NCBI GenBank assembly: GCA_013151035.1
Contig: JAADJB010000008.1
Coordinates: 11,466 to 75,465 of the forward strand
Source of the DNA: Gammaproteobacteria bacterium
GTDB taxonomy: Bacteria; Pseudomonadota; Gammaproteobacteria; JAADJB01
Direction of reading: 5' to 3'
DNA: 64,000 nucleotides
This document shows positions 29,790-41,333 of this stretch, one piece after another. The translations under genes and the position numbers were made by a program. Positions within the stretch are counted from its first letter, which is position 1. Each line of letters begins with the position of its first letter. The notes under the pieces were generated by a model. The model made no database searches. It saw only the letters and a list, made by a program, of their open reading frames with translations, and had not been told where the DNA came from.

Positions 29790-30461
29790 ATGAAGATATT
29801 CAAGACACTGGCAGGTCCTGCCTTATTAATGACCACCATGGTTATTTCATCGATGGCGAATGCCTCATCACTCTCAGGTCGTCTACCTGCTACGTCAGGT
29901 GGAACTGATTATCAGGCTTATTACGATGATAATGCCGATCTGACCTGGTTGGCGGATGCCAATGCGGCTGTGAATTCTACTTATGATACTTATACTCCTG
30001 GTTCAGGCCTGATGACCTGGTTTAATGCTACCGATTGGGTCGCGAGCCTGGATGTGGCGGGTGTAACCGGTTGGCGACTACCGGTTACTGTGCAACCTGA
30101 TGCAAGCTGTAGTGTTCAAAATAGTACTTTTGGTGATTATGGCCAGGGTTGTATTGGTGGTGAGCTGGGCAATATTTTTTATAATGTATTAGGGGATACA
30201 GCTGGCTCCTTGAGTAATGTGGGTCCATTCAGCAATATTCAGTCTGGCTCCCCCTATTGGTCGACGGAGTCCGTGTCTATCCCAAGCTATGCGTGGTACT
30301 TTAGTATGGACAATGGTAGCCAGGATGCTACCGGTAAGTACGCCAAGTACTCTGGATGGGCTGTGCAGTCGGGTGATGTTAGTGCAGTGCCTGTACCTGC
30401 AGCAGTATGGTTGTTTGGCTCGGGTCTGTTGGGTCTGATGGGTGTAGCGAGACGTAAGTAG
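29790..30461 (+). CDS. PEP-CTERM sorting-domain protein with DUF1566 (Lcl C-terminal-like) domain
   Basis: Signal peptide. DUF1566-like block (TWLADANAA..WRLPVT..YWSTE..AWYFSMDNG). C-terminal VPVPAAVWLFGSGLLGLMGVARRK is a PEP-CTERM motif with TM and basic tail. Confidence 0.8.
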   Translation: MKIFKTLAGPALLMTTMVISSMANASSLSGRLPATSGGTDYQAYYDDNADLTWLADANAAVNSTYDTYTPGSGLMTWFNATDWVASLDVAGVTGWRLPVTVQPDASCSVQNSTFGDYGQGCIGGELGNIFYNVLGDTAGSLSNVGPFSNIQSGSPYWSTESVSIPSYAWYFSMDNGSQDATGKYAKYSGWAVQSGDVSAVPVPAAVWLFGSGLLGLMGVARRK

Positions 30462-30504
30462 GGTTTTCTTTTTCAAGCCTCGAGCACGTACCCCAAGCCT
30501 TATT

Positions 30505-30619
30505 GGTAGGGTGCGTACTACGCACTAAAGCTATCGGTGCTACCGTGTAAATAAAAGTCCCCCTTATCGGTAGTGCGTACTACGCACCAAAACCGTTGGT
30601 GCGTACTACGCACCCTACC
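30505..30619. repeat. cluster of three REP elements
   Basis: REPs at 30505-30525, 30569-30588 and 30598-30619. Same family as elsewhere in the window. Confidence 0.8.
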
Positions 30620-30697
30620 GATGTCGTTTTGACCCCATCGAGCACGAAATAGTGTAAAATACCCGCCTGTTTTTGAGTTATCTAAAGGTATAACACC

Positions 30698-31546
30698 ATG
30701 TCAGCAATTATTCTTGATGGGAAGGCGCTTGCCGTTTCCTATGAGCAGGATCTTTCTCAGCGGGTTGAGCTTATTAAATCGAAGATGGGTGGCAAGACGC
30801 CGGTACTGGCGACCATCCTGGTCGGTGATGATCCTTCCTCGGCAACCTATGTGAAGATGAAGGGCAATGCCTGTCAACGTATTGGTATGGAGTCGATCAA
30901 GGTGTTGCTGGGTAAGGATACAACAACCGAGCAGTTGATGGTGCAGATTCAGACGTTGAATAATAACCCGGATGTGCATGGCATCCTGTTGCAACACCCG
31001 GTACCGGAACAGATCAATGAGCGTCTGTGTTTTGATGCCATTAGTGCCACCAAGGATGTGGATGGTGTGACATCATTAGGCTTCGGTCGTATGGTGATGC
31101 AGGAATTTGCCTATGGTTCGGCAACACCCGCTGGGATTATGAGTCTGTTACAACACCACGATATTCCGCTGGAAGGCCAACATGCTGTGGTAGTCGGACG
31201 TAGTGCGATTCTTGGCAAGCCGATGGCAATGATGTTGTTGAATGCCGATGCCACGGTAACGATCTGTCATTCCCGCACTCAGGGTCTGGCGGATATTATT
31301 CGTCAGGCGGATATTGTCGTTGGTGCTGTGGGACGACCTGAATTTATCAAGGGTAGCTGGATCAAGCTGGGTGCCGTTGTCGTGGATGCAGGATATCACC
31401 CAGGGGGTGTTGGTGATGTCGAGTTGTCTGCGGTGATGGATCATTGTTCAGCCTATACACCGGTACCCGGTGGTGTCGGGCCGATGACGATTGCGACCTT
31501 GATTCGACAGACAGTTGAGTCAGCAGAAAATACCTTATCAATATAA
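30698..31546 (+). CDS. folD: bifunctional methylenetetrahydrofolate dehydrogenase / methenyl-THF cyclohydrolase
   Basis: 282 aa. [13 protein letters not shown].. and [15 protein letters not shown] motifs. Confidence 0.93.
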   Translation: MSAIILDGKALAVSYEQDLSQRVELIKSKMGGKTPVLATILVGDDPSSATYVKMKGNACQRIGMESIKVLLGKDTTTEQLMVQIQTLNNNPDVHGILLQHPVPEQINERLCFDAISATKDVDGVTSLGFGRMVMQEFAYGSATPAGIMSLLQHHDIPLEGQHAVVVGRSAILGKPMAMMLLNADATVTICHSRTQGLADIIRQADIVVGAVGRPEFIKGSWIKLGAVVVDAGYHPGGVGDVELSAVMDHCSAYTPVPGGVGPMTIATLIRQTVESAENTLSI

Positions 31547-31561
31547 ATTCAGGAGTATACG

Positions 31562-32257
31562 GTGAATAGAATAGTTATCGCCTTGTTGGCGTTGGCCCCG
31601 GTGTGTGTGTCTGCAGCGGAATGGAAGGGTGAAGGTGAGCTGGGTTACACCTCGACGGCAGGTAACTCGGATGCTGAAACATTGAATGCAAAATTGGCTG
31701 TAACAGTTGAGTATGATCAGTGGAAGCATGTGCTGGGTTTGAGTGCATTGCAGGCATCTTCGAATAAGGTGAGGAGTGCCGAACGTTATGAGTTTACCCA
31801 TAAATCCAATTATGCCTATTCGGACAAGAGCTATGTCTTTGCTAGTCTGCGTTATGATAATGATCAGTTTAGTGGCTATGACTACCAGTCCTCGCTGGCA
31901 GCGGGTATTGGTTCACAACTGATAAAGACGGCTGTTCATAGTCTGGATGTGGCGGTTGGTCCTGGTTATCGCTCCATGCAGGATAGCGTTACCGGTCAGG
32001 TGGATAATCGGGTTATTCTAAAACTTGATGCCCAGTATGCTTATCAAATTAGTGAATATGCCTCTCTGAGTGAAGTTTTGACGGTGGAGTCGGGTAGTGA
32101 TAATACCTATACTGAATCAATTACCTCATTGAAGATGAAGATTAATGGCAATCTATCCTCAAAGATCAGTTATACCATTAAACAGAACTCAGTCGTGCCG
32201 GTCGGTACGGAGAGAACCGATACCCTGACCTCAGTTTCCCTGGTGTATGGTTTCTAG
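31562..32257 (+). CDS. DUF481 (YdiY-like) outer membrane beta-barrel protein
   Basis: Signal peptide, then AEWKGEGELGYTSTAGNSDAETLNAKL, which is the DUF481 signature. Ends in an aromatic residue. Confidence 0.75.
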   Translation: MNRIVIALLALAPVCVSAAEWKGEGELGYTSTAGNSDAETLNAKLAVTVEYDQWKHVLGLSALQASSNKVRSAERYEFTHKSNYAYSDKSYVFASLRYDNDQFSGYDYQSSLAAGIGSQLIKTAVHSLDVAVGPGYRSMQDSVTGQVDNRVILKLDAQYAYQISEYASLSEVLTVESGSDNTYTESITSLKMKINGNLSSKISYTIKQNSVVPVGTERTDTLTSVSLVYGF

Positions 32258-32315
32258 CTCTGTTATTCGATATAATCTCTCGTTTCCATATTTTTGATTG
32301 ATTGAGACTGGTTTT

Positions 32316-33710
32316 ATGATGGGCAAGACGCTTTATGACAAACTTTGGGATGCGCATATCGTTCGTGAGGATGAGGGTGCTACCTTGTTATATATAGATC
32401 GCCATTTGGTGCATGAGGTGACTTCACCACAGGCCTTTGAGGGGCTGCGCCTGGCAAAGCGTGACCTGTGGCGTAAGCAGAGTGTATTGGCGGTACCGGA
32501 TCATAATGTTCCTACGGATGATCGTTCAGCGGGTATTACCGATCCTGTGGCGCGGTTACAGGTTGAGACCCTGGATCAGAACTGCCAGGAGTTTGGTCTG
32601 ACCGAGTTTGATATGTCGGATCCAAGGCAGGGTATTGTGCATGTGGTAGGTCCTGAACAAGGAGCTACTCTGCCGGGTATGACGGTGGTCTGTGGTGATT
32701 CACATACCGCGACACACGGTGCCTTTGGTGCGCTGGCGTTTGGTATTGGCACCTCTGAGGTAGAGCATGTGCTGGCAACACAATGTCTGATCCAGAAAAA
32801 GTCCGCTAATTTGTTGGTGCAGGTCGATGGGCGGCTTCAGTCCGGGGTGAGTGCCAAGGATATTGTATTGGCAATTATTGGCGAACTGGGGACCGCAGGG
32901 GGTACTGGTTATACTATTGAGTTTGCCGGTGAAGCGATTCGTGATCTATCGATGGAAGGACGTATGACGGTCTGTAATATGGCGATTGAGGCAGGGGCTC
33001 GCGCGGGTTTAATTGCAGTGGATGAGGTGACCACAGACTACCTGAAAGGCAGACCTTATGCACCGGATGAAACCTTATGGGAGCAGGCGGTTGCTGCCTG
33101 GCAGGATTTGCATACGGATGAGGGTGCGGTATTCGATAAGGTGGTCACAATTGACGTAAGCACCTTGCAGCCACAGGTGACCTGGGGTACATCACCGGAG
33201 ATGGTGGTAGCTGTAACTGCTGAGGTTCCTGATCCACAACAAGAGACGGATGCGGTACGACGTAGTGCGATGCAACATGCGCTTGATTATATGGGCTTAA
33301 CGTCTGGTACTATGATCACTGATATCAATCTGGATCGAGTGTTTATTGGTTCTTGTACTAATGCCCGTATTGAGGATTTGAGGGCGGCTGCCGAGGTTGC
33401 AAAGGGCAACAAGGTCGCCAGCTCAATTACCCAGGCACTGGTGGTTCCCGGTTCAGGACTGGTGAAGCAACAGGCGGAGGCCGAGGGTCTGGATAAAATC
33501 TTTATGGATGCCGGTTTTGAGTGGCGCGAGCCGGGTTGTTCGATGTGTCTGGCGATGAATGCGGATCGTTTATTACCGCAAGAGCGTTGCGCCTCAACCT
33601 CGAATAGAAATTTTGAGGGTCGTCAGGGTACGGGTAGTCGAACCCATCTGGTGAGCCCTGCGATGGCGGCGGCGGCTGCGATTGCTGGTCATTTTGTGGA
33701 TATACGATGA
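32316..33710 (+). CDS. leuC: 3-isopropylmalate dehydratase large subunit
   Basis: [16 protein letters not shown], compared with E. coli MAKTLYEKLFDAHVV. Aconitase-family Cys ligands (GSCTN..CSMCL). The ORF-track start at 32298 is a TTG extension. Confidence 0.93.
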   Translation: MMGKTLYDKLWDAHIVREDEGATLLYIDRHLVHEVTSPQAFEGLRLAKRDLWRKQSVLAVPDHNVPTDDRSAGITDPVARLQVETLDQNCQEFGLTEFDMSDPRQGIVHVVGPEQGATLPGMTVVCGDSHTATHGAFGALAFGIGTSEVEHVLATQCLIQKKSANLLVQVDGRLQSGVSAKDIVLAIIGELGTAGGTGYTIEFAGEAIRDLSMEGRMTVCNMAIEAGARAGLIAVDEVTTDYLKGRPYAPDETLWEQAVAAWQDLHTDEGAVFDKVVTIDVSTLQPQVTWGTSPEMVVAVTAEVPDPQQETDAVRRSAMQHALDYMGLTSGTMITDINLDRVFIGSCTNARIEDLRAAAEVAKGNKVASSITQALVVPGSGLVKQQAEAEGLDKIFMDAGFEWREPGCSMCLAMNADRLLPQERCASTSNRNFEGRQGTGSRTHLVSPAMAAAAAIAGHFVDIR

Positions 33711-34351
33711 TGGAAAAATTTACTCAATTTAAGGCGGTAGTGGTACCATTGGATCGAGCTAATGTTGATACTGATGCGATTATCCCTAAACAATTTCTGA
33801 AATCAATTAAGCGCACTGGTTTTGGTCCTAACCTGTTTGATGCATGGCGTTATCGGGATCACGGTGAGCCGGGTATTGATCCACTAACGCGTGAGAAGAA
33901 CCCTGATTTTGTGTTAAATCAACCGGCTTATGAGCAGGCTGGCATCTTGTTGGGGCGTGATAATTTTGGTTGTGGCTCTTCGCGTGAACATGCCGTCTGG
34001 GCACTGGAGGATTTTGGTATTCGGGTGGTGATTGCCCCGAGTTTTGCCGATATATTCTTTAATAATTGTTTTAAAAATGGTGTCTTGCCTATTGCGCTGT
34101 CAACAACGGAGGTTGATGCGTTGTTTGTTGAGGTTGATGTGGATACCGGGTGTTGTTTTGCGGTGGATCTGGAACAACAAATTATTGTGACGGCCAGTGG
34201 ACGGGAAATTTCATTTACGGTGGATGGGTTCAGAAAACATTGTCTGTTGAATGGGCTGGATGATATTGCGTTGACGTTGCAACATCAGGATGATATTCGG
34301 GCGTATGAAGAGAAGCGTGGTGGGCAGGTGCCTTGGTTGTTTGTTGATTAA
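33707..34351 (+). CDS. leuD: 3-isopropylmalate dehydratase small subunit
   Basis: 214 aa. ATGA overlap with leuC. LeuD swivel-domain pattern. Confidence 0.9.
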   Translation: MMEKFTQFKAVVVPLDRANVDTDAIIPKQFLKSIKRTGFGPNLFDAWRYRDHGEPGIDPLTREKNPDFVLNQPAYEQAGILLGRDNFGCGSSREHAVWALEDFGIRVVIAPSFADIFFNNCFKNGVLPIALSTTEVDALFVEVDVDTGCCFAVDLEQQIIVTASGREISFTVDGFRKHCLLNGLDDIALTLQHQDDIRAYEEKRGGQVPWLFVD

Positions 34352-34385
34352 GAATATAACTTGGTGAGTTCGAAGCAGAGTAACG

Positions 34386-34439
34386 CCTGTCTCTTGAGTT
34401 AGCGAGGCAAGTGTCGCGGTAGGGTGCGTATTACGCACC
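34386..34439. repeat. REP-2 tail motif (cctgtctcttgagtt) plus REP (ggtagggtgcgtattacgcacc)
   Basis: Shares the cctgtctcttgagtt motif with 25311-25325. REP at 34418-34439. Confidence 0.6.
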
Positions 34440-34471
34440 ATGGTTTGATTATTTAAGTTTTAGGAACTGGA

Positions 34472-35560
34472 ATGACGAAAAAGATTGCGATATTAGCGGG
34501 TGATGGTATTGGCCCGGAGATTGTCAATGAGGCGATCAAGGTATTGGGTTGTCTGCGAACAGATTTTGGTTTGCAGGTGGAGATGAGTGAAGGCCTGATT
34601 GGTGGCTGTGCCTATGATGCCAAGGGGACTCCGTTGCCGGATGAGACACTGGATCTGGTACGGGATGCTGATGCTATTTTGCTGGGTGCAGTGGGTGGTG
34701 TGCAGTGGGAGTCACTGGATATTGCGGTGCGTCCGGAAAAGGGCTTGTTGGGTTTGCGCTCTGAGTTGGAGCTATTTGCCAATCTGCGTCCGGCTATTCT
34801 CTATCCACAACTGGCGGATGCCTCAACTCTGAAACCGGAGCTGGTGGCGGGTCTGGATATTATGATCGTGCGTGAGCTGACCGGGGGTATCTACTTTGGT
34901 CAGCCAAGGGGTATACGACAACTGGACAATGGTGAGCGTGAGGGTTACAACACCCTGGTCTATTCGGAATCCGAGATTCGTCGCATTGCCCATGTCGCCT
35001 TTGAGACGGCACGTAAACGGGATTCTCGCCTCTGTTCGGTGGATAAGGCAAATGTGCTCGAGTGCACAGAATTGTGGCGTGAGATCATGGAAGATGTCGC
35101 TAAAGAATATAGTGATGTCAGTCTGTCTCATCTGTATGTGGATAATGCGGCAATGCAGTTAATTCGGGAACCGAAGCAGTTTGATGTGATGGTAACAACC
35201 AATATGTTCGGCGATATCCTGTCCGATGCGGCAGCGATGCTAACCGGTTCTATTGGTATGCTGCCTTCTGCCTCACTGGACAAGAATGGTAAGGGTATGT
35301 ATGAGCCTATTCATGGTTCAGCCCCGGATATTGCCGGGCAGGGTGTGGCGAACCCATTGGCAACGATACTATCGGTGTCGATGATGCTCAAACATAGCCT
35401 GGGTGAACTTGAGATGGCAGCACATATTGATGCTGCTGTGGGTGCGGTACTGGATCGTGGTCTGCGTACGGCTGATATTTATAGTGAAGGCATGCAGCAG
35501 GTGGGTACCACCGAGATGGGTGATGCTGTCGTTAATGAATTGCAGGAATTAAAAGGTTAA
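34472..35560 (+). CDS. leuB: 3-isopropylmalate dehydrogenase
   Basis: 362 aa. [17 protein letters not shown] start and the NLFGDILSD motif. Confidence 0.93.
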   Translation: MTKKIAILAGDGIGPEIVNEAIKVLGCLRTDFGLQVEMSEGLIGGCAYDAKGTPLPDETLDLVRDADAILLGAVGGVQWESLDIAVRPEKGLLGLRSELELFANLRPAILYPQLADASTLKPELVAGLDIMIVRELTGGIYFGQPRGIRQLDNGEREGYNTLVYSESEIRRIAHVAFETARKRDSRLCSVDKANVLECTELWREIMEDVAKEYSDVSLSHLYVDNAAMQLIREPKQFDVMVTTNMFGDILSDAAAMLTGSIGMLPSASLDKNGKGMYEPIHGSAPDIAGQGVANPLATILSVSMMLKHSLGELEMAAHIDAAVGAVLDRGLRTADIYSEGMQQVGTTEMGDAVVNELQELKG

Positions 35561-35561
35561 G

Positions 35562-36590
35562 GTGAACATGAGTAAGCAAGTCGATGTGGCAGTAGTTGGG
35601 GCAACGGGTGCAGTGGGTGAAACCATGTTGGAGATCCTGGCGCAAAGAAATTTTCCGATAGGCAAGGTCTATCCTCTGGCGAGTAGTCGTTCTGCGGGTA
35701 AGCGGGTTGCCTTTGGTGACAAGATGCTGGTGGTGGAAGATCTGGATACCTTTGATTTTAGCAAAGTGCAGATAGGTCTGTTTTCAGCGGGCGGCTCAAT
35801 TTCAGAAAAATATGCCCCCAGAGCCGCTGAGGCGGGTTGTGTGGTTATTGATAATACCGCGCATTATCGTTATGACGATGATATTCCGCTGGTGATCCCT
35901 GAGGTAAACCCTGAGGCTATTGCCGGTTATAAAAATCGTGGCATTATTGCCAACCCGAATTGCTCAACCATACAAATGCTGGTGGCATTAAAGCCTATCT
36001 ATGATGCCGTGGGGATTGAGCGCATTAATGTTTGTACCTATCAGGCGGTTTCCGGTACCGGTAAAGATGCCATTGAAGAATTAGCGGGGCAGACGGCACA
36101 ACTATTAAATGGAAAGGATGCCGAGGCTAAGGTCTATCCAAAACAGATCGCTTTTAATGTGTTACCGCATATTGATGTCTTTCAGGATAACGGCTACACC
36201 AAGGAAGAAATGAAGATGTTCTGGGAGACGCGCAAGATCTTTGCCGATGACAAGATCCTGGTGAATCCGACGGCTGTGCGGGTGCCGGTATTCTTTGGTC
36301 ATTCAGAGGCCTTGCATATCGAAACGGCTGAGAAGATCAGTGTGGCCGATGCCCAAGCTTTGCTGGCCAAGGCCGATGGTGTGGTGTTGATGGATGAGCA
36401 TGAAGATGGCGGTTATCCCACAGCGGTAACCGAAGGCACGGGCCATGATCCCGTTTATGTTGGGCGAGTGCGTGAGGATATCAGCCATCCTCGTGGACTC
36501 AATATGTGGGTGGTGGCGGATAATGTGCGCAAGGGCGCGGCTCTTAATAGCGTACAGATTGCCGAAGTCTTGCTGAGAGATTACTTGTAA
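35562..36590 (+). CDS. asd: aspartate-semialdehyde dehydrogenase
   Basis: VAVVGATGAVG NAD(P) motif, the active-site Cys region (NPNCSTIQM), and a length of about 340 aa. Confidence 0.9.
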   Translation: MNMSKQVDVAVVGATGAVGETMLEILAQRNFPIGKVYPLASSRSAGKRVAFGDKMLVVEDLDTFDFSKVQIGLFSAGGSISEKYAPRAAEAGCVVIDNTAHYRYDDDIPLVIPEVNPEAIAGYKNRGIIANPNCSTIQMLVALKPIYDAVGIERINVCTYQAVSGTGKDAIEELAGQTAQLLNGKDAEAKVYPKQIAFNVLPHIDVFQDNGYTKEEMKMFWETRKIFADDKILVNPTAVRVPVFFGHSEALHIETAEKISVADAQALLAKADGVVLMDEHEDGGYPTAVTEGTGHDPVYVGRVREDISHPRGLNMWVVADNVRKGAALNSVQIAEVLLRDYL

Positions 36591-36655
36591 ATTGTGTCTG
36601 TTTGTCTTAACTTAGCGTTAAATCATGCTAACTAGCATTAAGAGGATCAATCTGG

Positions 36656-38944
36656 ATGAGGAGATCTATGTATAGTCAGGTGGCATTGTGTTCATTTCTG
36701 CTGATGTTGGTTACATCACCGCTTTATGCCCTGGGTTTGGGGCAGATCAAGCTGAATTCATATTTGAATCAACCTCTTGATGCAGAGATCCCTCTGATAT
36801 CGGTGCGTGCGAATGAATTGGATACAGTCAGGGTGGAACTCGCCAGTGATGAACAGTTCAAGCGTGCAGGGATTGAAGTCAACGCTTTTCTTCGCTCTAT
36901 TGAATTCAAGCTGGATCGTAGTAATCAAGTCTCTCCCCGTGTCTACATTAGTAGTCATCGTCCGGTACGCGATCCCTTTCTTGATTTTCTGGTTAAATTA
37001 AGCTGGTCTGACGGTCAATTGGTACGTGAGTACACTGTATTGTTGGATCCCCCTATCCTGATGCCAGTAACCTCTAAACCAATGGCCAAGGCACTTGCTG
37101 TCGCTGCGCCGACTCGTAATGAACGTGTGGTTAATACTCCTGTTAAGCAACAAAAGACAGTTCCTGTGCGTAAGCAATCAAGGCTTGTTGCGAGAATAGA
37201 GAATGGTCGTTATGGCCCGACCAGTCGTGTGGATACCCTGTGGGATTTAAGTAAGTCGTTACGCCCTGATGATAGTATCAGTATGGAACAGATGATGGTT
37301 GCCATGTGGCGGGAAAATCCGCGTGCTTTTTCCAGAAAAAACATGAATGGGTTGATGGCAGGCTATACCCTGCGCATACCGACAAAAAAAAACATCCTGT
37401 CATTGAACCGAGGTGAGGCCTCGCAAGAAATTGCCTTGCAGAATAAGGAATGGCGTGAAGATCGCTCAATGACAGCAAAGCGTCTGCGTGCTATGTCGCG
37501 ACCTGTTGCTCAATTGAAGTTATTAACTCCAACCCCTGAACCTGAAGTGAAAGTAGAATCTCTGGTGAAGGATGAGGAAGCGACACCTCAGGTCGATGTG
37601 GGCAGTGAGACAACTGATGCCCATTTTAGTAAAGATTTACAACAGGTCAAGGAAGATATTGCTATTGCTGTTGAAGAGACCGAGACACAAAAACAGCAGA
37701 CTGAAGATCTGCAAATGCGATTTGCGGCAATGGAAGAACAAATTGCCTCTCTACATCGACTCATTCGTTTAAAAGATACCGAATTGGCTCAACTGCAGGA
37801 ACAGGCCAGTCGTCCTCCTGTTGTTGATTCTGTGTTACCACAAACACCTCCGCGTGAGGAGTCTTCCTGGTTGGATGATCCCATGATACAGGCACTGATC
37901 CTGGCATTACTGGTCGTGTTGGTGGTTATTTCTATTGTGATGAAACGTAAGGCCACAGTGGTTGATCGTGTTGCAGAGGGTACTGCGAGCAAGGATCATT
38001 CGGATGATGAAGATTCTGTCACCGCTGGTGAGTCGGGTGATCAGCCTGAGACACTTGTTGCAGGCGAAGATGTTGCGTCAAAAGAGACTTTGAACGAAGC
38101 GGGTGTTACCCCTGTGGTAGGTGCTACTGTTACAGAAGAAGCTGCACCAATGGTTGAACAGGATACACTTGATGATGCTCTATTGGCCGAGATTGATGTC
38201 TATATGGCCTATGGTCATTATCAACAGGTGGAACAGTTGCTTGAGAAGGCCTTGTCTGAAGATGTCGGGAATAATGCATTAAGGATGAAATTATTAGAGG
38301 TTTACTCGACAAAGCAGGATAAGGTTGCATTTGTGCGTCAGGCACGAGAGATACTGGCACAATTGAAGCAACAAAAAGATCATCCATTGTGGCAGAAGGT
38401 AAGCGAGATGGGACAGGCGTTGGCACTGAATGATGCCGCGTATGAAGGGGATCAGGATCTGGATGAGTTGGCTGCTGATATGGATGCTAGCCCTGAAGAA
38501 ATCTTAGCCGAACCTGATGCGCAAGAAACACCTGTTGTGCAGCCTGATGTTGATGTTAAGCCTGATCCTGTTGTTAATGATATAGCGCGTTTTAATGTTG
38601 ATGATGGTGTTGATCAGTCACAGAATGAATATCTTGAAGCAGGACTTGAACCTCCTCGAGTGGTTGAAGAGGAAGCGGTTCTGGAATTTAAGCTGGACAG
38701 CTCGGTCGAGAAGGTTGGGTCAGAGGATTTATCAACAAGCCCGCTGGAGGTCGAACAGGAAGCTTCTGAGGAGCCCTTGTTGTCTTCTGCTGAGGATGAA
38801 TCAGCAACAAAGCTGGATCTGGCTCGCGCCTATCTTGATATGGAAGATTTTCAGGGCGCCATAACATTGTTGAAAGAGGTACTGGAAAAAGGCAATGATA
38901 CCCAGCAACAAGAAGCAAAAAATATGCTGGATGAGGTGAAGTAA
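36656..38944 (+). CDS. fimV: FimV-like motility / pilus assembly protein (LysM, TM, acidic linker, C-terminal TPR-like FimV domain)
   Basis: Signal peptide. LysM-like segment (RYGPTSRVDTLWDL..MAGYTLRIP). Single TM at about aa 415-435. Long acidic region. C-terminal LDLARAYLDMEDFQGAITLLKEVL. Position after asd as in Pseudomonas. Confidence 0.8.
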   Translation: MRRSMYSQVALCSFLLMLVTSPLYALGLGQIKLNSYLNQPLDAEIPLISVRANELDTVRVELASDEQFKRAGIEVNAFLRSIEFKLDRSNQVSPRVYISSHRPVRDPFLDFLVKLSWSDGQLVREYTVLLDPPILMPVTSKPMAKALAVAAPTRNERVVNTPVKQQKTVPVRKQSRLVARIENGRYGPTSRVDTLWDLSKSLRPDDSISMEQMMVAMWRENPRAFSRKNMNGLMAGYTLRIPTKKNILSLNRGEASQEIALQNKEWREDRSMTAKRLRAMSRPVAQLKLLTPTPEPEVKVESLVKDEEATPQVDVGSETTDAHFSKDLQQVKEDIAIAVEETETQKQQTEDLQMRFAAMEEQIASLHRLIRLKDTELAQLQEQASRPPVVDSVLPQTPPREESSWLDDPMIQALILALLVVLVVISIVMKRKATVVDRVAEGTASKDHSDDEDSVTAGESGDQPETLVAGEDVASKETLNEAGVTPVVGATVTEEAAPMVEQDTLDDALLAEIDVYMAYGHYQQVEQLLEKALSEDVGNNALRMKLLEVYSTKQDKVAFVRQAREILAQLKQQKDHPLWQKVSEMGQALALNDAAYEGDQDLDELAADMDASPEEILAEPDAQETPVVQPDVDVKPDPVVNDIARFNVDDGVDQSQNEYLEAGLEPPRVVEEEAVLEFKLDSSVEKVGSEDLSTSPLEVEQEASEEPLLSSAEDESATKLDLARAYLDMEDFQGAITLLKEVLEKGNDTQQQEAKNMLDEVK

Positions 38945-38954
38945 GCATAGCATC

Positions 38955-39635
38955 ATGCATGCGGTTATTCGTATACTCTGTTTATTGGTGTTTGCGGTTT
39001 CTGTGGTTTACGGCAATGTTGCCAGTTTATTATTGGCTTTTTTAATCTTATTATCTTTATATCGACCCAATAAAAATTTGAGCTGGAAAACAGCCTGGCA
39101 TTATCTACGCCAGATTCGTTGGCTGTTGTTAACTATTATATTACTGTATTCCTGGGCCACACCGGGTCAGCCCCTGTTTCTTCAGTATGCCAGTTATTCA
39201 CCTTCACAAGAGGGTGTCCTGTTGGGGGTTGAACGAGGTATCAGTCTGATATTTCTATTGGCTGCTGTTTATTGGGTGTTGAATAGTATGTCTCGTCAGG
39301 AGCTTCTGGCAGCACTTCTTTTTTTATTGCGTGTTCTGCCCTTGTCGGTAGAGACAAGAACCCGAATTGCTGTCAGGGTCATGTTGAGCCTTGAATTATT
39401 ACCGCAGGTTCGAGATTATGTGAGTGACGCAATGCAAAAAATATCCGCTGCTAAAAAAAGTCGCTGGTATCAGGCTTCCTGGTTAGCGGATGTTTTTGAA
39501 AAATTATTACTGGAAATGGAACAAAAAGAACCAACATGGATTGAATTACCGGGGCAACAGGCAATTCCTTTGATACAATGGGGTTATCCTCTGCTACTGG
39601 GCGTTCTGTTCTGGATGTTGAGGTCTTATTTATAG
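38955..39635 (+). CDS. integral membrane protein (5-6 TM), possibly CbiQ/EcfT-like
   Basis: 226 aa and hydrophobic throughout. Weak resemblance to ECF-transporter T components. Otherwise uncharacterised. Confidence 0.35.
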   Translation: MHAVIRILCLLVFAVSVVYGNVASLLLAFLILLSLYRPNKNLSWKTAWHYLRQIRWLLLTIILLYSWATPGQPLFLQYASYSPSQEGVLLGVERGISLIFLLAAVYWVLNSMSRQELLAALLFLLRVLPLSVETRTRIAVRVMLSLELLPQVRDYVSDAMQKISAAKKSRWYQASWLADVFEKLLLEMEQKEPTWIELPGQQAIPLIQWGYPLLLGVLFWMLRSYL

Positions 39636-39646
39636 AGGATATTGAT

Positions 39647-41290
39647 ATGTCTTTATTGACACAGTCCGGTTCGTGGCAGGCCCTTGCGGATCATTACTAT
39701 GAAGTTCGCAATATTCATATGCGGGATCTTTTTGCGCAGGATAGTTCTCGTTTTGATCAATTCTCCCTTACTGTTAATGATATTCTTCTGGATTATTCCA
39801 AAAACCTGATTACTGCAGAAACGTTGGCATTACTGATGGATCTGGCGCACGAACAAGGCATTTTAGAGTCCGTGAAAGAGTTGTTTGAGGGAGGTGAGGT
39901 CAATAAAACAGAACATCGTCCTGCGCTTCATACCGCCTTGCGTAACCGTTCTAATTACCCTGTTAAGGTGAATGGCAAGGATGTAATGCCTGATGTTAAT
40001 CGGGTTCTTGAACAAATGCGGGGTTTTACCGAACAACTGCGTAACGGTCAGTGGTGTGGTTATACGGGCAAGCCAATCAGGGATGTGGTTAATATTGGTA
40101 TCGGTGGCTCTGATCTTGGGCCATTAATGGCAACGGAGGCACTGCGTGCCTATGGTCATAAGAATTTGAATGTACACTTTGTTTCCAGTGTGGATAGTGA
40201 AGATATTGCTCAGGTATTTCAGTATCTGAATCCAGAGACGACACTCTTTATTGTCTCATCCAAGACCTTTACTACGATGGAAACCATGACCAATGCCCGA
40301 ACAGCACGCGCCTGGATGCTTGAACAGTCGGGTGGCAAGGAGTTTTATCGTCGGCATTTTGTGGCGGTGACTACCGAAGCTGAGGCGGCAATGGCATTTG
40401 GTATTCATGAAGAAAATATTTTTGAATTCTGGGATTGGGTCGGGGGACGTTATTCACTTTGTTCAGCTATTGGTCTGTCGTTGGCTATCTTTATAGGGAT
40501 GGATCAGTTTGAAGAGATGTTGATGGGGGCGCATGAGATGGATGAGCATTTTCGTAATGCCCCATTGGCTGAGAATATCCCCGTTATTCTGGCAATGATC
40601 GGGGTCTGGTATACCAACTTTTTGGGGATGCAGACTCATGTCGTGTTACCTTATGACCAATGCCTGCACCGTTTCCCCGCTTTTCTGCAACAGGGTGATA
40701 TGGAGAGTAATGGTAAGCGGGTGAGTGCCGATGGAAAAGTACTGGATTATGATACCGGTCCGATTATCTGGGGTGAATTAGGTACCAGTGGTCAGCATGC
40801 CTTTTATCAATTGATTCATCAGGGTACGCGCCTGATTTCTGCTGATCTTATGGCAGCCTGTCATAGTCATAATGACCTGGGAGAGCACCACAAGGTTCTT
40901 TTATCTAATTTCTTTGCTCAGGGTGAGGCCTTGATGCGAGGTAAGACAGAAGCAGAGGCACGCAGCGAGATGGAACAGGCAGGGTTGGATGAGGTGCGTA
41001 TTGAGGAGTTGTTGCCACATAAAGTTTTTCCCGGTAATCGACCGTGTAATATGTTTATGTATGATCGCCTGACACCGCGTATCCTGGGTAATCTTGTTGC
41101 CCTGTACGAACACAAGGTATTTGTTCAGGGCAGGATATGGGGTGTGGATTCGTTTGATCAGTGGGGTGTTGAGTTAGGCAAGCAATTAGCAACCACCATC
41201 CTCGGTGAACTGGATCAAAATGTGGCGGATAATGTTCATGATAGTTCGACTAATGGACTCATGCAGTTTTATCGTTCACAATTAAGCTAA
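39647..41290 (+). CDS. pgi: glucose-6-phosphate isomerase
   Basis: 547 aa from the ATG at 39647. Conserved IGIGGSDLGP, SKTFTT.ET and GxWGELGTSGQHAF motifs. Confidence 0.93.
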   Translation: MSLLTQSGSWQALADHYYEVRNIHMRDLFAQDSSRFDQFSLTVNDILLDYSKNLITAETLALLMDLAHEQGILESVKELFEGGEVNKTEHRPALHTALRNRSNYPVKVNGKDVMPDVNRVLEQMRGFTEQLRNGQWCGYTGKPIRDVVNIGIGGSDLGPLMATEALRAYGHKNLNVHFVSSVDSEDIAQVFQYLNPETTLFIVSSKTFTTMETMTNARTARAWMLEQSGGKEFYRRHFVAVTTEAEAAMAFGIHEENIFEFWDWVGGRYSLCSAIGLSLAIFIGMDQFEEMLMGAHEMDEHFRNAPLAENIPVILAMIGVWYTNFLGMQTHVVLPYDQCLHRFPAFLQQGDMESNGKRVSADGKVLDYDTGPIIWGELGTSGQHAFYQLIHQGTRLISADLMAACHSHNDLGEHHKVLLSNFFAQGEALMRGKTEAEARSEMEQAGLDEVRIEELLPHKVFPGNRPCNMFMYDRLTPRILGNLVALYEHKVFVQGRIWGVDSFDQWGVELGKQLATTILGELDQNVADNVHDSSTNGLMQFYRSQLS

Positions 41291-41333
41291 AGGACGGGCA
41301 GGATGCCCGTTTGATATTAACAAGGAGGTATCG

